Shown: positions 63,921 to 64,000 of the stretch, one piece after another
How the letters are laid out: every line of letters begins with the position of its first letter
Position numbering within the stretch: the stretch's first letter is position 1
From: Calditrichia bacterium
Lineage (GTDB): Bacteria > Calditrichota > Calditrichia > JAJRVZ01
DNA length: 64,000 nucleotides
Assembly (NCBI GenBank): GCA_963777955.1
Contig: CAVZSQ010000022.1
Span: 416,001-480,000, forward strand
Reading direction: 5' to 3'
Notes under the pieces: model-generated
What the model was told of the DNA's origin: nothing
The model's database searches: none
What the model saw: only the letters and a program-made list of their open reading frames with translations
Translations under genes and position numbers: made by a program

Positions 63921-64000
63921 ATGGTAGTCAAACAAATAAAATTTGTATTAGAATGGTACAATCATTACTTTTGCCAATATTTTGGTACAACCATTTAAAA

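Overview
64 kb of a Gram-negative bacterial chromosome. It is probably from the FCB superphylum (Calditrichota/KSB1/Ignavibacteria-like); this is inferred from five proteins with QNYPNPFN-type secretion C-terminal domains, a short RpoD without region 1.1, and a TonB/FadL/Kdo envelope gene set. Housekeeping blocks (htrA, dsbD, carAB-pyrF-pyrE, rpoD, fur-feoB, kdsB-pyrG, purD-cdsA, radC) alternate with AT-rich accessory patches. These are three tandem ~1.74 kb cassettes encoding secreted repeat proteins (17.6-23.0 kb), an FG-GAP protein gene (48.8-50.4 kb) and a four-helix-bundle gene enclosed by inverted 8-bp tandem arrays (52.5-53.1 kb). At least a dozen genes are broken by single-base indels, several in homopolymers, which looks like uncorrected long-read error rather than true pseudogenisation. 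No rRNA, intact tRNA, CRISPR array, integrase, transposase or reverse transcriptase was recognised. The best leads are: (1) a window-wide family of degenerate 8-mer (AGRNACWN) and 7-mer tandem arrays that start at gene ends and often form inverted pairs, one of them enclosing a four-helix-bundle (IVP/bAvd-like) gene; (2) a translationally coupled CHAD-ParA pair, a candidate polyphosphate-granule positioning module; (3) the triplicated cassette array punctuated by GTTCGA...CCCCCGC sites that begin at a tRNA-Sec-like 3' fragment; (4) a hidden amidohydrolase-CE2 esterase fusion; (5) a triad-less HtrA paralogue next to an active one; (6) a Fur-FeoB-8Cys-DtxR/FeoA operon; (7) a small protein with a C-terminal TWGxIK motif.
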